Positions 60,456 to 64,000 of a stretch of 64,000 bases of DNA are shown piece after piece. The stretch comes from Selaginella moellendorffii (Eukaryota; Plantae; Lycopodiophyta), in NCBI RefSeq assembly GCF_000143415.4, contig NW_003314261.1, forward strand, positions 3,650,880-3,714,879, given 5' to 3'. The position numbers and the translations under genes were made by a program. Below the pieces are notes generated by a model. That model made no database searches and was not told the DNA's origin. It was given only the letters and a program-made list of their open reading frames with translations. Each line of letters opens with the position of its first letter. Position 1 is the stretch's first letter.

Positions 60456-63326
60456 ATGGAGTTCCTCGCGGTGTTGCTAGGAGCGATCGTGCTGCTGCGC
60501 TCCATTGCCGGTGCCGCGGAGCTACAATGGAAGCCGCTCCAGAGCTGGGGCGAGCTCCAGGACCACGATCTAATCCTCTGCCTCGCTACTTTTCCATGTA
60601 AGTCTTCCACTCTTAGATTTCCCGAGATGAACTGGAATTTGGATGGATCCAGGGAATGGCGAGGCCAAGAGCTTCATGCGCGAGTTTCTCGAGCTCCTGA
60701 GCCGCGAGAGGCCAGAATGCGCTGGAAATCTGGAGCTGCGCATCGCGCACACACACAGGGACGAACAAAGAACTTGGATGTACCTCACACTGCACAAGTC
60801 GGGAGAAACTTTCCAGTACAGAGGCAAGCTCTCGGCCGAGCGAGTGCTAGCTGCGGTGGATCACGCCTTGGTATCGGAGTTATTCCAGCCTCTCCACACA
60901 TTTGGCGTTTTGCAGGAATTCATCGGCTCCACGGACAGAGCTTTTGTCTTGGTGGATCTCTGTGGCTGGACGCTAGAGACTGGCAGGATCGTGGAAGACT
61001 ACGAGAACAACGAGCCAAAGTTTGGACAGCCCGAGAGCCTACTATATGAGACAGCGAACGAGACTTCTTCGTGTGGCTCTCGACGTGATGAGCTCGTCTT
61101 TAGTTCCTTCTACCGCAACCTCACGGAGGCTGCGAGCGCGAGCTTTCTTACACCGCTATCAGCGAGGTTTGGAGTTATCACGCTGGCTCAGGTGCTCGAA
61201 GATGCAGGGCTTGAGATTCCAGACGGCAAGCCATGGTTTCTCTTGAGACGCACCGAAGACATCTCTCGCTCTTGGCGAGTTTTGGATGATCCGGCTTTGC
61301 TCGACGACTTTTTAGAGAACACTGGTGTAGTTGTGGATGAGGTACGTTTCGAGGCAAGTTTTTCTAGCTTGGATAGTGGAGCTCACTCGCTATATTCGTC
61401 TTTTAGGTGGACCAGGACACACAAGAAATCCCTCGCGACAGGCCGTCGGTATTTCTCTTCTTATCTTTCTCACCGGAACTTAGAGGTGAAAGCATCGAGG
61501 CATTGCGTATCGTCCGCGAAGTTGCCAGGTACTATGAAAGTTCGCCCCAGTGGAAGACCTCTCGTAACGATTCCAAAGTAGTCCCCGTGGTTATTGAGCA
61601 GGACCAGCCGGTAATGTTTCGTGGTGTCGTCGTGAAAAATGGTCAGACCATCACACTCGGCCAGAAAGATTTAGGAGCAGGCATAGCAAGGATCTTGCAG
61701 CTTTTGCTCCAAGGTACAGGTGGCAAAGATGATCCAGAAACTACTGCGGTCGTTGACAAAGGAACTTCGCAAGATATAACAGCAGAATCTGTTCATGAAA
61801 CCAGCCAAGGGGACTTTGGTGCAGAATCTCAAGCGAATGGAGAAGATGAAGGAATGCAGGGGCAGGAAAACAGCAAGGTGGCCCAGGATGTTACCATGGA
61901 GATATCGACAGAAGGAACTAATGAAGCCATGCAAGAGCACGAGGATATGAAGTCTCAAGAAGACGTAGACGAGTGGAGGTTCAACTTTGGCTTCTTTGAT
62001 AGTGCGTATGCACTGCAAGAATTTCTAACTGGAACAAGCAACAGCAGGCCGTCATTGGTAGCAGTTTTTCCCGACAGGAACGCACGATATGTCTATCCAG
62101 ACGACATTCCTCTAAGTTTTGAAGGCCTTGTGGAATTCCTCGATGGAACTCTATCCGGTGGTGTCCTGGCTACGCTGAAATCAACTCGAGCTCCAGTTGT
62201 TTCACGAAAAGCGGTCACACCTCCATTCGTGAATCGAGATTTTCACCGAACTCATCCCGTTCCTAGCGTGTCACTCGAGACGTTTCCAGAACTGGTGATG
62301 GGATTTAGAAAAGGCCGGACAAATTCTTCTAAAAGCAGTTCGACTTCCTTGGTTATGTTTACGCTCCCATGGTGCGGGTTCTGCAAGAGAATGGAGCTTG
62401 CTATGCATGAAGTATACAAATACTTCTTGATCCAGGGTAAAGACGGTAAGATTTGGATCAGCTACTCAAGAAGTTAACCTTTCCTTGTTTTGCAGATTCA
62501 AAAAGCGTGGAGCTAATAGTTCCCAGCTTCTATCAGATGGACTGTGGAAGCAACGATTGTAGCCATATACTAGCAAATGTTGTGGAGGTAATGCACAAAT
62601 TCATTGCGCATAGACACTCCTGTTTATAACGTTTTTTTTTTTCTTTTGTAGAATCAAGAGTTTCCATCTCTTCTATTATTTCCTTCGAAAGACAAAGACA
62701 AAGTCTCCGTATACAAAGGTGCCCCGACGGTAAGCGGCATCCTACATTTTATCGCAAAGCACGGGACCTCGACCGTTCAGCCACCCTCGACGATAACAAT
62801 CCAGCAAAACCTCGACGAGACTTCACAAGAGGGAGAACGCATCGGAATTGGTCACGTCCTTTTAGCCACCGAGAAACTTTCGGCCAACTCTCCAAACTTC
62901 GCAAACTCGGCAGTCCTCATTGTTTCCGTGACAGACAACTACGTTGTGGGGCTGGTTATGAACAAGGACATGCCAAAGGAGGAACTTTTAGCTGTTGATC
63001 AGCGGCACAACGTGAAGATTGGCTACGGGGGACCTCTGTACACGCGTCCCAAGTACATATTCACCTTCACTAGGCTCCAGAACCTGGAAGGCTTCGGTAC
63101 AGTTTCGTATGGCCTCTCTGCGGGTGGTCCCTCTGCAACCGAGAAAGTCTTCGAAATTATTGAAGCCAACAAGCTGCCAGCGTCGGAGTTCAAGTTTGTA
63201 GCGGGGCATTGCGGGTGGACTCCACTGCAGTTACGGGAGGAACTAGCTGATGGTTACTGGCAGCTAACGCAATATCGAGAAGACATGTTTCAGTGGGAAG
63301 GCGAGCTGCAACAGACAAACACTTGA
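60456..63326 (+). CDS. Signal-peptide thioredoxin-fold protein with a C-terminal DUF179 (AlgH/YqgE-like) domain (multi-exon)
   Basis: Hydrophobic N-terminus, FTLPWCGFCKRM, and LLATEKL..FANSAVLIV..VGLVMNK..GYGGP..GHCGWTPLQLREELADGYW. Confidence 0.85.
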
Positions 63327-64000
63327 ATTGCCGTGGAACGGTGGCTTCAAAGTTCAAAGGTAATGCTCTTTACTCTCGATCCAAAAGCTGCTGACCAGTG
63401 GCTTTTTCAGGTGGATCGATCGAGCTTGGACATGATCAGGAACAAAGTGCCGCGGATCACGATCATGCTCTGCAGCTTGTGGTATGAGTCAGTCCGCTTT
63501 TTTTTCCCTCTTTTTCTTTTCCATTTATTTACTCCTCTTTACTTTGGTTTTTGCAGCCGAAGAATTAAGAAAGAGAGCAGAGTCACCGTCTCACTTTTCC
63601 CAAGATTTAAAAGATACCAAGGACAACACAACAGGCAGAGAGGGAGGGGCGCTGAAAACATTCAAGCCAGTGTGACTCATTGGTTGAAGAACAGCGTGCA
63701 GTAAGGAGCCAGCGGCAGTGGATTGCGCACCGTGGTGTTACCGTTGAAGGAGATGCTCTGGGATTTGGTCACGAGTATCCGACCGACCCTCGGCTCACGA
63801 GAGGAGCGGAGGCTAGAGTGAGATAGACTAGGCAGAGACAGGAGGAGCATCGTAACCCCGTGGCATGGTGGTAGTGGTAGTAGCGCTAGCGTAGAACTCC
63901 GCGCTGTTTAAAAGCCGAGCTCGGTGGTGGATCACGGCAGTGGGCTTGTGTGGTGAGAACTTCAGGCACGGCGATCACGCACTCTACTCCGGCTGAGAAG

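Overview
Plant nuclear genomic DNA. Very short 45-70 nt introns, high gene density and an SS-repeat PLS-PPR gene are most consistent with a lycophyte such as Selaginella (inference). The left part (1-25 kb) has an F-box gene and a PPR gene. It also has a TE/pseudogene zone: a 7.6-kb LTR element with minisatellite-bearing LTRs nested in older gypsy debris, a RAD5/16-like SNF2 pseudogene and a decayed PIF/Harbinger element. The right part (28-64 kb) is gene-dense: SH4-clade trihelix, 3xRRM protein, ZRF1, a plastid-type unknown protein, fused Nup98-Nup96, SRP receptor alpha, a Moonraker-like gene, HEATR6, HIPP, DUF212, FtsH1/5 and a thioredoxin-DUF179 protein. The top finding is at ~463-682: an apparently complete Pol III gene (USE + TATA + T5 terminator). 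It encodes a ~155-nt SRP RNA made only of the S domain (helices 5, 6, 8), with no Alu domain. Other notable items are a candidate land-plant homolog of the centriolar protein Moonraker/KIAA0753 with a tandem micro-exon array, and an animal/fungal-style single-gene Nup98-Nup96 precursor. All family assignments are by motif recognition from memory; no database search was run.
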